From Haloferax volcanii DS2 (GTDB taxonomy: Archaea > Halobacteriota > Halobacteria > Halobacteriales > Haloferacaceae): a stretch of DNA of 32,000 nucleotides. A program made the position numbers and the translations under genes. Positions 6,855-15,701 of the stretch are shown here, in pieces; position 1 is the stretch's first letter, and each line of letters begins with the position of its first letter. The notes under the pieces were generated by a model. The model was not told the origin of the DNA. It did no database searches and saw nothing but the letters and a program-made list of their open reading frames with translations. The stretch covers positions 60,001 through 92,000 of the forward strand of contig NC_013966.1 in NCBI RefSeq assembly GCF_000025685.1, in the 5' to 3' direction.

Positions 6855-9800
6855 ATGGTTGCTACTTCGTCTGAGGATATTGAAGACCTAATCGACCGAT
6901 ACCGTGACAAACACGACTGGGAGCGAGACAAAGCTCACGTTCAGAATACTTCTAAGGTAATCCGTCAATTGGTACAGGCCATCGTCGAGACGGGATCTGT
7001 CGACGAGTACGCCATGCGCACAGTGTACAACCTGTGCCAGAACGATGACGCTCTCCAACCAGAGAACAAGAAGGAACGAATTGACAATCTCGACATCGAT
7101 TCCACCGCGAAGTCCGAGATTAAGGAGCGGATTGATGAAGGGACAGGTATCGTTGGGAAAGGAACATACTCGGTGCCAATTGAAGGCCATGAGGAAGAGG
7201 CATTTAACCTCCTTTCAACCGCGATCAGGTCCGATAATCGTGATGAGATTGACCCCGCGATAGAAGAATTCGCCAACCTCGAAATTGAAGGGATACAAAA
7301 CGGAATTATCTCCCCAATCCTCTACTTCCTCCATCCAACAAAATACCCGATCAGTAACCACCGCTCACGAACGGGTATGCAGAAGTTCTTTGGCTATGAG
7401 ATGTCCGGTCGACTCACTTCTTATCTAACTGAGGTCGAGAAATTCCATGAAGTTCGTGCGGACTATCCGTTCAAAAACGACTTTCGACATCTGGATAGCT
7501 TCTTCAATTGGGTTGAGGAACAGGAATCGGTCTTAGGTGAGCAATCTACGAAGCCAGTCGCAGAGATATCTGATGATGCCAATCTCTATTGGGTGAATCA
7601 ACATAACCCACCAGAAATCGAGGAAGAGTATCTCAGAGCCAAGACTGACGGACTTTGGCATCACAATTTAGATAAGTTATCCATCGGTGACGTGGTCTTC
7701 CATAACTTCGATAACGAACTGATAGGCATTTCGACCGTTATCGAGAATGCCGAGACGTACACATCCCGAGATGAAGAATACTATCGGGTTGAGGTTGATC
7801 TACGCTCGTTTGGAGAACCAGTACCTGTTGACGACGACTTGAAAAAGAGGCTCGGACAGGATCAATATCGGACTGAAAAGTACTACTCCATCGATAAGAA
7901 CGGTAACCTCAATGAAGCCTATCTGGCGAACCTATCCCGATCTGCAGCGGAGTTTCTCCTGAGTCAGGTAGACTCAATTGAGGAGTCTGAAACCCCTGTG
8001 GAAACTTCAGGATCTCCAAGAAGGATCTGGCAAATCACCCCCGCGAGAGGCGGCGAATATTGGGGTACGTGGATGCAACATGGAATTGCGTCCATCGGAT
8101 ACGGACTCGATCATAAGGTGACGAACGATGTAGCGGACATCGACGATGTCGATGAGCTGTCTGATGGAGAACTCGTCGAAATCGCCGCGGAGGCCGGCGA
8201 CAACCATGGTCGTGGTATGGCATACCGCTTCCAGTACGAAATCGACGAGGGCGATGTGATAATCGCCAAACAGGGACGTACCTCAGAATCCGATATTATC
8301 TATGGGATCGGTATCGTTACGGCTGCCCACCGTGAGAAGAGCTATCCTGAAATCAACCATTCAGACGTCGTCAGCGTTGACTGGAAGGTGACTTTTGGGG
8401 AAAGTGGGGTGGATATTGATGTTGGTAGTGATTCCGATTCGATCAAGACGTACACACTAGATACCCTTGATCCAGAGTACTACCGCGACCTCACGTCAGA
8501 ACTCGCCGACAAAGGAGATGTAGATCGCGACGAACTCCTTGCCCTCGTCTTTGATGAGCTATCTCAGGATGATGAGGGTGAAACGACGGACGAAGGCACG
8601 AACCATTACTGGATTTCAGCGAATCCTTCGATTTGGAAAGTCGAAAGCATCGAAGACGGTGATGAGGTTTTCTATACGGCGTATAATCGAAAGGGGAACA
8701 AACGTCGAATCTTTGGAGCGTTTGAGGAGGCGTCTCCTGGTGACAAGGTGCTGTTCTATGAGTCCCAGCCCGTCCAAGCCATCGTGGCAGAAGGAACAAT
8801 TCGGGAAGGGCTCCACAAAGATGAACACGAAGAGTACGATGAACCGGTCGACGGAATCACTATTGAGTACAGCCGAGCTATGGAAACTATATCGTGGGAT
8901 CAGCTTACCGCAGTCCCGGATCTGGAGGATGCCTCTCCAATCAGAAACCGAGCACAAGGAAGCCTCTTCCCCCTTACCGAAGACGAGTTCGAAACCATCC
9001 TCGCACTAGAGGATCCGATTGAAGACGGTGTCTCACAGGACGCCATTAATCAACTCAAAACAAAACTCACTTCTCCGGAGGTCGATGTCTCGATTCCCAA
9101 CAGTCTCTACTTCGATGATGCTGACCGACTTCGACGCGAGATCGAAGCTTCACTCCGGTCTGGAAAGCACCTCATCTTTACCGGACCACCGGGCACCGGG
9201 AAGACAAAACTAGCAAAGGCAATCTGTGAATCCGCTACGACCCACGAGCAAGTCGACGATTACAGGTTCACGACTGCGACCTCTGAATGGACTGCGTTTG
9301 ATACGATTGGTGGATATGTTCCTTCTACGGGCGACGGTGGACAGGAACTCCTGTTCGAACCCCGGCTTTTCCTCAAGTGTTTCCGGCAAGACCGAGTCGT
9401 CAACGAGTGGCTCATCATCGACGAAATCAATCGATCAGACATCGACAAAGCCTTCGGACAGCTCTTTTCCGTTCTGTCTGGCGATTCAACCGAACTCCCA
9501 TACGAACGCGATCGAACCGTCGAACTTCGCTCACTTTCCAATTCAACAACTGACGAAGAGCTCGCCGAAATTATTGGGAACCCAGACGCCTTCCCGGTTA
9601 CCCCTTCGTGGCGGCTAATTGCTACAATGAACACGTACGACAAAACCTCGCTGTACGAAATGTCGTACGCATTTATGCGCCGTTTCAACTTCGTCCACGT
9701 CGGCGTTCCACCGCTCACCACCGATGACGGGGTCCGAACCTCACTCCTCGATCCAGACGGGACTGACAATTACGCGACTGCGTGGCTCGCCGATGATGAG

Positions 9801-10151
9801 TCTCTCCGACCAATTCTCGCAGACGTGTACCCTGTCGTAGCAGTTCTGTGGCAACGTATCAATGAACATCGCGTCATCGGTCCCTCTATCGTGTACGATA
9901 TCATCCGGTATCTCGGCTCATACGATGACGCCGGCGGATCACGGAAAGACGCGCTCACGTCCGCTGTCGTTTCCCTCGTCTACCCGCAATTGGAGGGTAT
10001 GAGACCAGAACAGCAGAAACAATTGATTCGGTCACTCACCGATCAGAACGTCGCTACCGAAAACGGACCTGTAACACTTGATCTTGACAAGTCGTTACTC
10101 CAGCAAAAAGCGGCTGACTTCTTCGGTATCACGTTCGACGATGACGCATAG
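6855..10151 (+). CDS. mcrB: McrB-family AAA+ GTPase with a long N-terminal extension: helical domain plus three PUA/EVE-like modules
   Basis: Walker A GPPGTGKT (9183-9206). Walker B/McrB box LIIDEINRSDIDKAFGQLF (9411-). McrB signature ATMNTYDKTSLYEMSYAFMRRF (9627-). Three modules of YW/IW...GD-hydrophobic-strand type at ~7581-7826, ~8022-8396 and ~8601-8996. Confidence 0.9.
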   Translation: MVATSSEDIEDLIDRYRDKHDWERDKAHVQNTSKVIRQLVQAIVETGSVDEYAMRTVYNLCQNDDALQPENKKERIDNLDIDSTAKSEIKERIDEGTGIVGKGTYSVPIEGHEEEAFNLLSTAIRSDNRDEIDPAIEEFANLEIEGIQNGIISPILYFLHPTKYPISNHRSRTGMQKFFGYEMSGRLTSYLTEVEKFHEVRADYPFKNDFRHLDSFFNWVEEQESVLGEQSTKPVAEISDDANLYWVNQHNPPEIEEEYLRAKTDGLWHHNLDKLSIGDVVFHNFDNELIGISTVIENAETYTSRDEEYYRVEVDLRSFGEPVPVDDDLKKRLGQDQYRTEKYYSIDKNGNLNEAYLANLSRSAAEFLLSQVDSIEESETPVETSGSPRRIWQITPARGGEYWGTWMQHGIASIGYGLDHKVTNDVADIDDVDELSDGELVEIAAEAGDNHGRGMAYRFQYEIDEGDVIIAKQGRTSESDIIYGIGIVTAAHREKSYPEINHSDVVSVDWKVTFGESGVDIDVGSDSDSIKTYTLDTLDPEYYRDLTSELADKGDVDRDELLALVFDELSQDDEGETTDEGTNHYWISANPSIWKVESIEDGDEVFYTAYNRKGNKRRIFGAFEEASPGDKVLFYESQPVQAIVAEGTIREGLHKDEHEEYDEPVDGITIEYSRAMETISWDQLTAVPDLEDASPIRNRAQGSLFPLTEDEFETILALEDPIEDGVSQDAINQLKTKLTSPEVDVSIPNSLYFDDADRLRREIEASLRSGKHLIFTGPPGTGKTKLAKAICESATTHEQVDDYRFTTATSEWTAFDTIGGYVPSTGDGGQELLFEPRLFLKCFRQDRVVNEWLIIDEINRSDIDKAFGQLFSVLSGDSTELPYERDRTVELRSLSNSTTDEELAEIIGNPDAFPVTPSWRLIATMNTYDKTSLYEMSYAFMRRFNFVHVGVPPLTTDDGVRTSLLDPDGTDNYATAWLADDESLRPILADVYPVVAVLWQRINEHRVIGPSIVYDIIRYLGSYDDAGGSRKDALTSAVVSLVYPQLEGMRPEQQKQLIRSLTDQNVATENGPVTLDLDKSLLQQKAADFFGITFDDDA

Positions 10152-11505
10152 TCTCGCCGTAGAGGAACTCGTTAACGCCACCAGCGAAGAGCTGGGTACG
10201 TACTTGCGAAGCGGCGCGCTGAACACAAACGCACTCACGCGCTCACTCGATTACGAAGGCCTCGATATTGAGGACTGGGAGCGTATCAAACGCATCCATT
10301 TCTGTCTCGCTGACGACGTCCACGACTTCATCAGCGCCCTTTCTGACCGCGTTCGACGCATTAAGACCGAACATCAACGTGAAAACATCCATACGCAAGG
10401 GGAAGTCCGTGGGTCGATCAACTGGAGCGCTACACTCCGGACCCGCTCCGAATCCGGCTACGCAGATCGTAGCCGCTTCGTCTGCAACACCCCCTATACA
10501 GAATACGATATTGCAGAAAACCGCGTCTTGAAACGTCTCCTGTGGCAAATCCACCGCACAGTTACAGACGAACTCCAGAGCGTTGAGTACGATTGGCGGC
10601 AGGAATTCTGGACCGATGACCAGCTCGCCAGCTTCGACCGGCTGTACAAACAGAATGTCCACCTGAGCCGCATCAAAGAGGGCCCGGCAATCTCCGTTTC
10701 CGGACAGGACATGACCACTGCTCGCCAGTCACGCCTCCCGCTCTACACCGAAGCCTACGACCTCTACGATATGTTCCAACGCCTTCAAGCCGACACGCTC
10801 GACGCAGATATCACGGAACTCCTGGCAGACACACTCGTTGTTCCGACAGACACACCAACTCTCTTCGAACTCTTCTGTTGCTTCCGCCTTATCCGAACAC
10901 TCACCCGATTCACTCCTGGTTTCGTCCTCAAACCAATCGACGGAGAAAGTAACGCACTCGCGCACCTCGAATCAGACGACACTCGCATCGAAATCCACCA
11001 TGACAGTACCGGTAGTCTCAGTTTCCACGAACCACTCGATACAACACACCGTCCGGTACACGCACAGTATGCACGATATCACGACGCTCTCATCGACTAC
11101 AGTGACACGCTCGAAGCACTCACAGGTGACCCAAGCGATCCAGTCCTATACAATGGCCGTCCCGACATCATCATCGAAATCTACGACACCACATCCGACG
11201 AAAGACTCGACTCCGTACTCCTCGGTGAAATAAAACACTCCGATGCGACACAGACCTTCAAACAAGGTCTCGAAGAGCTTCTCACTTACCGACGTTTCGC
11301 CAGTAAGGACAATTACCTCATCGACAAACCGGACATCACACTCACCAGCCTTCTGATCACCAACGGCGTTACTACATCTGGAACCAGCGACGAAGTTATC
11401 CACCTCAACGGAACAGACCTCATCGACTCCCCCGCAACGCACTCCAAACATTTGGACTGGATTCACTCACTTTCTGGATTGCCCGCGACTCCAAGCCGGG
11501 CATAG
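10141..11505 (+). CDS. mcrC: McrC-like PD-(D/E)xK nuclease partner
   Basis: ATG 10141 (MTHSLAVEEL...) overlaps the McrB-like stop (10149-10151) by 11 nt. C-terminal nuclease motif RPDIIIEIY...LLGEIKHSD (about 11158-11238). ENRVLKRLLWQI in the N-terminal half. Confidence 0.8.
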   Translation: MTHSLAVEELVNATSEELGTYLRSGALNTNALTRSLDYEGLDIEDWERIKRIHFCLADDVHDFISALSDRVRRIKTEHQRENIHTQGEVRGSINWSATLRTRSESGYADRSRFVCNTPYTEYDIAENRVLKRLLWQIHRTVTDELQSVEYDWRQEFWTDDQLASFDRLYKQNVHLSRIKEGPAISVSGQDMTTARQSRLPLYTEAYDLYDMFQRLQADTLDADITELLADTLVVPTDTPTLFELFCCFRLIRTLTRFTPGFVLKPIDGESNALAHLESDDTRIEIHHDSTGSLSFHEPLDTTHRPVHAQYARYHDALIDYSDTLEALTGDPSDPVLYNGRPDIIIEIYDTTSDERLDSVLLGEIKHSDATQTFKQGLEELLTYRRFASKDNYLIDKPDITLTSLLITNGVTTSGTSDEVIHLNGTDLIDSPATHSKHLDWIHSLSGLPATPSRA

Positions 11506-11551
11506 TACTCAAGTAAGAAACTAACTTGATGGAACGGACCCCTAACTCGGC

Positions 11552-11947
11552 CTAGGATGTGTTGCCGTCCAGGTGTCCCGCAAGGGCGATATCCGCCTCA
11601 GTAACGGTCTCTGGATCGACTAACTCAATCTCTTCTGTGAGCTTATGATGGATCCTACGAATCGTTCCGTTAGTCCCGTATCGACGCCGTCTACGGTGGA
11701 TCGTACGCAACTGGCCCTCTGCCCAGTCGCTCATTTCGTGATCATTCAGCAGCTCGAGAATCTCTTCCGCTTCACCATTCACATCTTCGTCGCTGTCTGC
11801 AATCTGTCGACATAGCTGTTTGATATCGGTAACGACATCGCTGTCTCCGCTTTGCCGACTCAAAATATCGTTCTGCCATGTACTGGGTGTGCCAAGCTCA
11901 CCAACGAAGGACTTCAGCTCCTCAAAGTCATCTTCGGGGCATGCGTT
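11552..11947 (-). pseudogene. 5'-truncated orphan ORF abutting the IS
   Basis: The track ORF 11552..11863 begins at a TTG. By hand the frame stays open upstream to 11947 (NACPEDDFEELKSFVGELGTPSTWQNDIL...) with no ATG or GTG, and it ends in the IS terminal repeat. Confidence 0.4.
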
Positions 11948-13384
11948 CTAGTTTAGTAGCGATCAAAGCCGAACTCACCTCGTTCAACCTGCTCACGTAA
12001 CCGATCTCTGTGTGGATTTGGATTTCGTGACGCCCACAGCAACAGCTCGTCCAAATCCGGCAGTTCGTAGCCCAGCTCAACCATGAGATACAGTTGGATC
12101 AGATGACCGTGGCGTTCCACGGCGAGCGAACAGCGACGCCGAGGGAGCCGCGACGCCGACGAGTCGGCGTCTGCGGCGGCTTCGCCCTCTCGCTGTCTTG
12201 CCTCAAGTGACCGCAACTCATCCACGATTACACGACTCATCATCAACGAAATTGCGGCCATGATGATCAGCGCCTCGATGATGTAGCCGTCGGTCGTCTT
12301 GATCTCGTCCAAGCCGAACCGCGACTTCAACTCCTTGAACAGCAGTTCGACCTCCCAGCGCGCCCGATAGAGCTGCGCGATATCGGGCGCGCTGTAGCTT
12401 TCTCTCGCCAGATTCGTCAGATACAGATGATACTCGTCGGTCTTCTCGTTACGTAGTCCGACCAGTCGAAACGTCCGGGTCGCGCTGGCGCCCGACCCTC
12501 GTTTGCGCTCGAACGAGAGCGTGATGCGGACGTCGATCTCCTGTCGCTGCAGGTCGTCGAGGACGGCCTGCAGCGACTCTCCTTCCAGCGGAATGCTGTT
12601 GCCTCGCCACGTTCGCAGTTCTTCGACAATCTCGAAGTTCGCGTCGTCTTTGACACGAGAGACGAACCAACCGTCGTTCTTGTCGATGCGGTCGAACAGC
12701 CAGAAGTCGTAAAAGCCCAAATCAAGGAGAATGAGGGCGTCAGCTACCCACTCGCCGGTGGGTAGCTGACTCCGTTCATGAGTCGTCCCATCGGTTGTCC
12801 GGAATCGTGTCGGGAGCCCAGTCGAGAGAGATTCGGTGAGGTGAAGTTTCAGTTCGGCTTGATGGTCGCCGGTTGCTGTGTAGATATCAGCGGCGTCCTG
12901 GTACAGCGAAACGATGGTTGCGTCAGCAATGAGGACGTCTCGAAAGCGTTCGAGACGGCCGTTCAAATCTTCTCGTCCGGTATCGAGATTCTCGATTGCG
13001 TCATCGAGAATCTCTCGAAGGAGTGCAACGAATCCTGGTTCGAACCAGTCGTGGAACGATGCGTAGGAGAGTTCGTCACAGTCAGCCATCTCGACGTAGC
13101 GTTCGAGAAATGCTTGGAGAGAGCGGTCTGAGCCAGCAGCGAAGCCAAACGAGAGTGTGTAGAACAGCGCAACGATGTCGAATTTCCGCTCTCGTTGGAC
13201 GAGATTCGTTGCGCGAGCGCGCTCGCGCAACTCATCAGAGGGAAACGCTCTTTGAATCCGGTCAACTATGACCGAATCCGGTGGGCTGTAGGTCATACTT
13301 CCCACCGGGTTTCTCAATCAGGTAGTTGCGACGATATCAAATCAACAGACAGCAACTGGATTCTTTGTTAAACTAGAACGGATG
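11940..13384 (-). mobile_element. IS4-family (ISH8-like) insertion sequence, copy A
   Basis: Perfect 11-bp terminal inverted repeat GTTCTAGTTTA (11945-11955 / complement 13369-13379). It extends outward imperfectly to CATGC / CATCC. Boundaries are uncertain by a few nt, and I found no flanking direct repeat. Confidence 0.8.
11953..13296 (-). CDS. IS4-family DDE transposase (ISH8 group)
   Basis: The track ORF starts at a TTG (13317). ATG 13296 (MTYSPPDSVIVDRIQRAF...) aligns with the N-terminus of the paralogue at 19038. Conserved DVLIADATIVSL, LDLGFYDF, YRARWEVELLFKELK. Confidence 0.9.
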   Translation of the reverse strand: MTYSPPDSVIVDRIQRAFPSDELRERARATNLVQRERKFDIVALFYTLSFGFAAGSDRSLQAFLERYVEMADCDELSYASFHDWFEPGFVALLREILDDAIENLDTGREDLNGRLERFRDVLIADATIVSLYQDAADIYTATGDHQAELKLHLTESLSTGLPTRFRTTDGTTHERSQLPTGEWVADALILLDLGFYDFWLFDRIDKNDGWFVSRVKDDANFEIVEELRTWRGNSIPLEGESLQAVLDDLQRQEIDVRITLSFERKRGSGASATRTFRLVGLRNEKTDEYHLYLTNLARESYSAPDIAQLYRARWEVELLFKELKSRFGLDEIKTTDGYIIEALIIMAAISLMMSRVIVDELRSLEARQREGEAAADADSSASRLPRRRCSLAVERHGHLIQLYLMVELGYELPDLDELLLWASRNPNPHRDRLREQVERGEFGFDRY

Positions 13385-15701
13385 GTCCGACCCCTAGTAC
13401 GTCGGTTGCAAACAGGATGTCAATCTCTTCGCCGGGGGTGACATCGGCTTCTTGGGCTTCTGGAGCGAATCGCTCAACGATCCTCTCATCGTACCCACTG
13501 CCCCCGTGAACAAATCCGACAGTAGGGTTACTCGGATCCTGACCAAGCGTAGCAACGTTGGTGTGCGCTGGATTCTCGCCAGTTAGTTGCTCGAAGAGGT
13601 GCGTGATCGTGGGTACGTACTGGCTGAATATGAGAACCTTCTCGTCCGATAGCTCTCGATCAATTAACCCACGCAGACGTTCCGCCTTAGCGTCTTTAGT
13701 GCGACCGTCTTCTTTAGTCTGGAGTGCGTTCTGTGCTTGCCGTTTTATACGGTCAAGTTCCTGAAGGTCCTCGTCAATATCTGCTACGATCTCGTCTCTT
13801 TTCGAGGGGCTGACTCTATTGAGGGCTTCTGCGACCTCCTCAAAGTCAATATCTTTGGCGAAGTCGTCTTCAAATGTATCCCGTATCTGTTCAACGGCGT
13901 CACTCCGGTTTTTCGCATCATCCAAGTCACCAGTAGCGATGTGACGTGTGATGCGCTCTCGTTCCATAAGACGTTCAACAGAAGTCTCGAACGCGGCAAG
14001 GCTGCTCTCAAGACGTTTGAGGAGATTGATGAGCATCAGAATGCTCGCATTCTGGTACTCAATGATTAGCTCCTCTTCCTCGTCCCCGTCAGCGTCATAC
14101 CGATCTGCGCTAACGTAGGGAATATTCAATCCAGAGTTCTCGGAGTCATCTGACCCGATGACTGTATCGACGATGTCACTATAGAGTTCGTCGAGACGAG
14201 GGTCGTCCGGTGTGATAAGACGCGGATTTCGATCAGGGACGCTAATCGCCCGGTCTCCAATGGTGACCTCCTCGTAATTTTCGAGGATGTACTTCCGGTC
14301 CCTCGAAATAATGACCTCCCGCATAATTGACTCAATGAGTTCTTCGAGGTCCGAAAGCCGACTCTGAGTGCCTGCAGATTTGTCCTCCTCGCTGGAGAGG
14401 CGGTCGTACTGTTTGAAAATCTCGCTCGGTGACAAACCCTTCAGCTCAATGTCGAAGTCGTCGTCGTCAGCAAACACCTTGATCAGATTGTCCACGTCTC
14501 GAACGGAGTTGTGGATCGGCGTCGCAGTGAGCATCACGAACTTCTTGCCCTTTCGACCGATTGACTGGAGTTTGTCGTAGCGCTGTGTTCCAGTATTTCG
14601 GAGGTTGTGGGCTTCGTCGACGAGAATCAAATCAACTCCGCGGAGCCGTTGAATCTCCTTTTCAGACAGACGGGAGAGTTTATTGAAACTCATAAAGGTC
14701 TTCTCAGCGGTTGTCGGAAATTCGCCGGTGTCCGCATCAAGGAGGTCCCGCATCCACATCCGTTCCAGTCGGTTGGGAGCGATGATGAGAACATCATCTC
14801 GGGAGCTTGTGTATTCCTGCACGAGTGGGGCACCGATGTACGACTTCCCCAAACCGACGCTGTCAGCTAATACGACGCCGTTGTATTTTTCGAGCGGGCG
14901 ACGCGCTGCTCTGAATGCGTCCTGCTGGAACGCTGTGAGTTGTTCTTCGTAATCGCCAGTGATGTCCTGGAGTAGGGTGCCCTCTCGGACGTCTCGGGAA
15001 AACTGCTCGACAATAAACCGCTTCGTCGCTTCGTACGGTGAAATCGTTTCCACCTCTGCGACCGATGTACCTCCCTCAGAGGTGTCCGGCAGGTTCTCTC
15101 CGAACTGCGACTCCTCTATCTCGGCAGACATCAGGTCCTTGTCGAATTCGCTGGCCTCCTCCCAGATTTCCTCGAACCACTCGCCGAGATACCGGATCGT
15201 GTTGTTGTCCTTCTTTTCGACGTTCAGTTCGACATTTCCGCGGAGACCGCTAGCGGAGAGGTTTGAAGAGCCGATAATCGCCCGGCCAAGATCCGGGGAA
15301 CCCGCCGGATGCTCGAAGAGATAGAGTTTTGGGTGGAAGCGACTGTCATCATACACTCGAACATCCACCTTTTCCTCCTGAATGAGCTCGTAAAGTCGAT
15401 TAATCCCCTCTTGGGCCTCGGCGCGGTCGTACTCCTCTAGGTCTTCAGCGAATCCGCGTTCAAGTTCGTCAATAGTGCGCTGGTCAGTGTCGGTCCCGAT
15501 GAGGATCTCAACGCGTTCGGTGCTTCGGAGATTCTCCTTCAGGAGGTCGAAACCACCGAGATAGAAGTAGCCAACGGCGATACGAACTGTCTCGGCTTCA
15601 GGCGCGAGAGCGTTCGCTCGCTTGGCGACATCATACTCGCGGTTGTCAAGGACGTCAGAGTAGTCGGACCAGTCCGGATTGCCTCCTTCGTCAGATCCCA
15701 T
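13368..15701 (-). CDS. PLD(HKD)-nuclease-domain / SNF2-family helicase fusion, 3'-truncated by IS copy A
   Basis: ATG 15701 (MGSDEGGNPDW...). HKD motif RFHPKLYLF...GSSNLS (about 15315-15341). Helicase motif I LADSVGLGKS, motif II LILVDEAHNL (14601-14630), motif III MLTATPIHNS. The protein ends in helicase motif V (ILFATDVLGVG), followed by about 5 IS-encoded codons and a stop. Motif VI is missing. Confidence 0.85.
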   Translation of the reverse strand: MGSDEGGNPDWSDYSDVLDNREYDVAKRANALAPEAETVRIAVGYFYLGGFDLLKENLRSTERVEILIGTDTDQRTIDELERGFAEDLEEYDRAEAQEGINRLYELIQEEKVDVRVYDDSRFHPKLYLFEHPAGSPDLGRAIIGSSNLSASGLRGNVELNVEKKDNNTIRYLGEWFEEIWEEASEFDKDLMSAEIEESQFGENLPDTSEGGTSVAEVETISPYEATKRFIVEQFSRDVREGTLLQDITGDYEEQLTAFQQDAFRAARRPLEKYNGVVLADSVGLGKSYIGAPLVQEYTSSRDDVLIIAPNRLERMWMRDLLDADTGEFPTTAEKTFMSFNKLSRLSEKEIQRLRGVDLILVDEAHNLRNTGTQRYDKLQSIGRKGKKFVMLTATPIHNSVRDVDNLIKVFADDDDFDIELKGLSPSEIFKQYDRLSSEEDKSAGTQSRLSDLEELIESIMREVIISRDRKYILENYEEVTIGDRAISVPDRNPRLITPDDPRLDELYSDIVDTVIGSDDSENSGLNIPYVSADRYDADGDEEEELIIEYQNASILMLINLLKRLESSLAAFETSVERLMERERITRHIATGDLDDAKNRSDAVEQIRDTFEDDFAKDIDFEEVAEALNRVSPSKRDEIVADIDEDLQELDRIKRQAQNALQTKEDGRTKDAKAERLRGLIDRELSDEKVLIFSQYVPTITHLFEQLTGENPAHTNVATLGQDPSNPTVGFVHGGSGYDERIVERFAPEAQEADVTPGEEIDILFATDVLGVGPSVLV

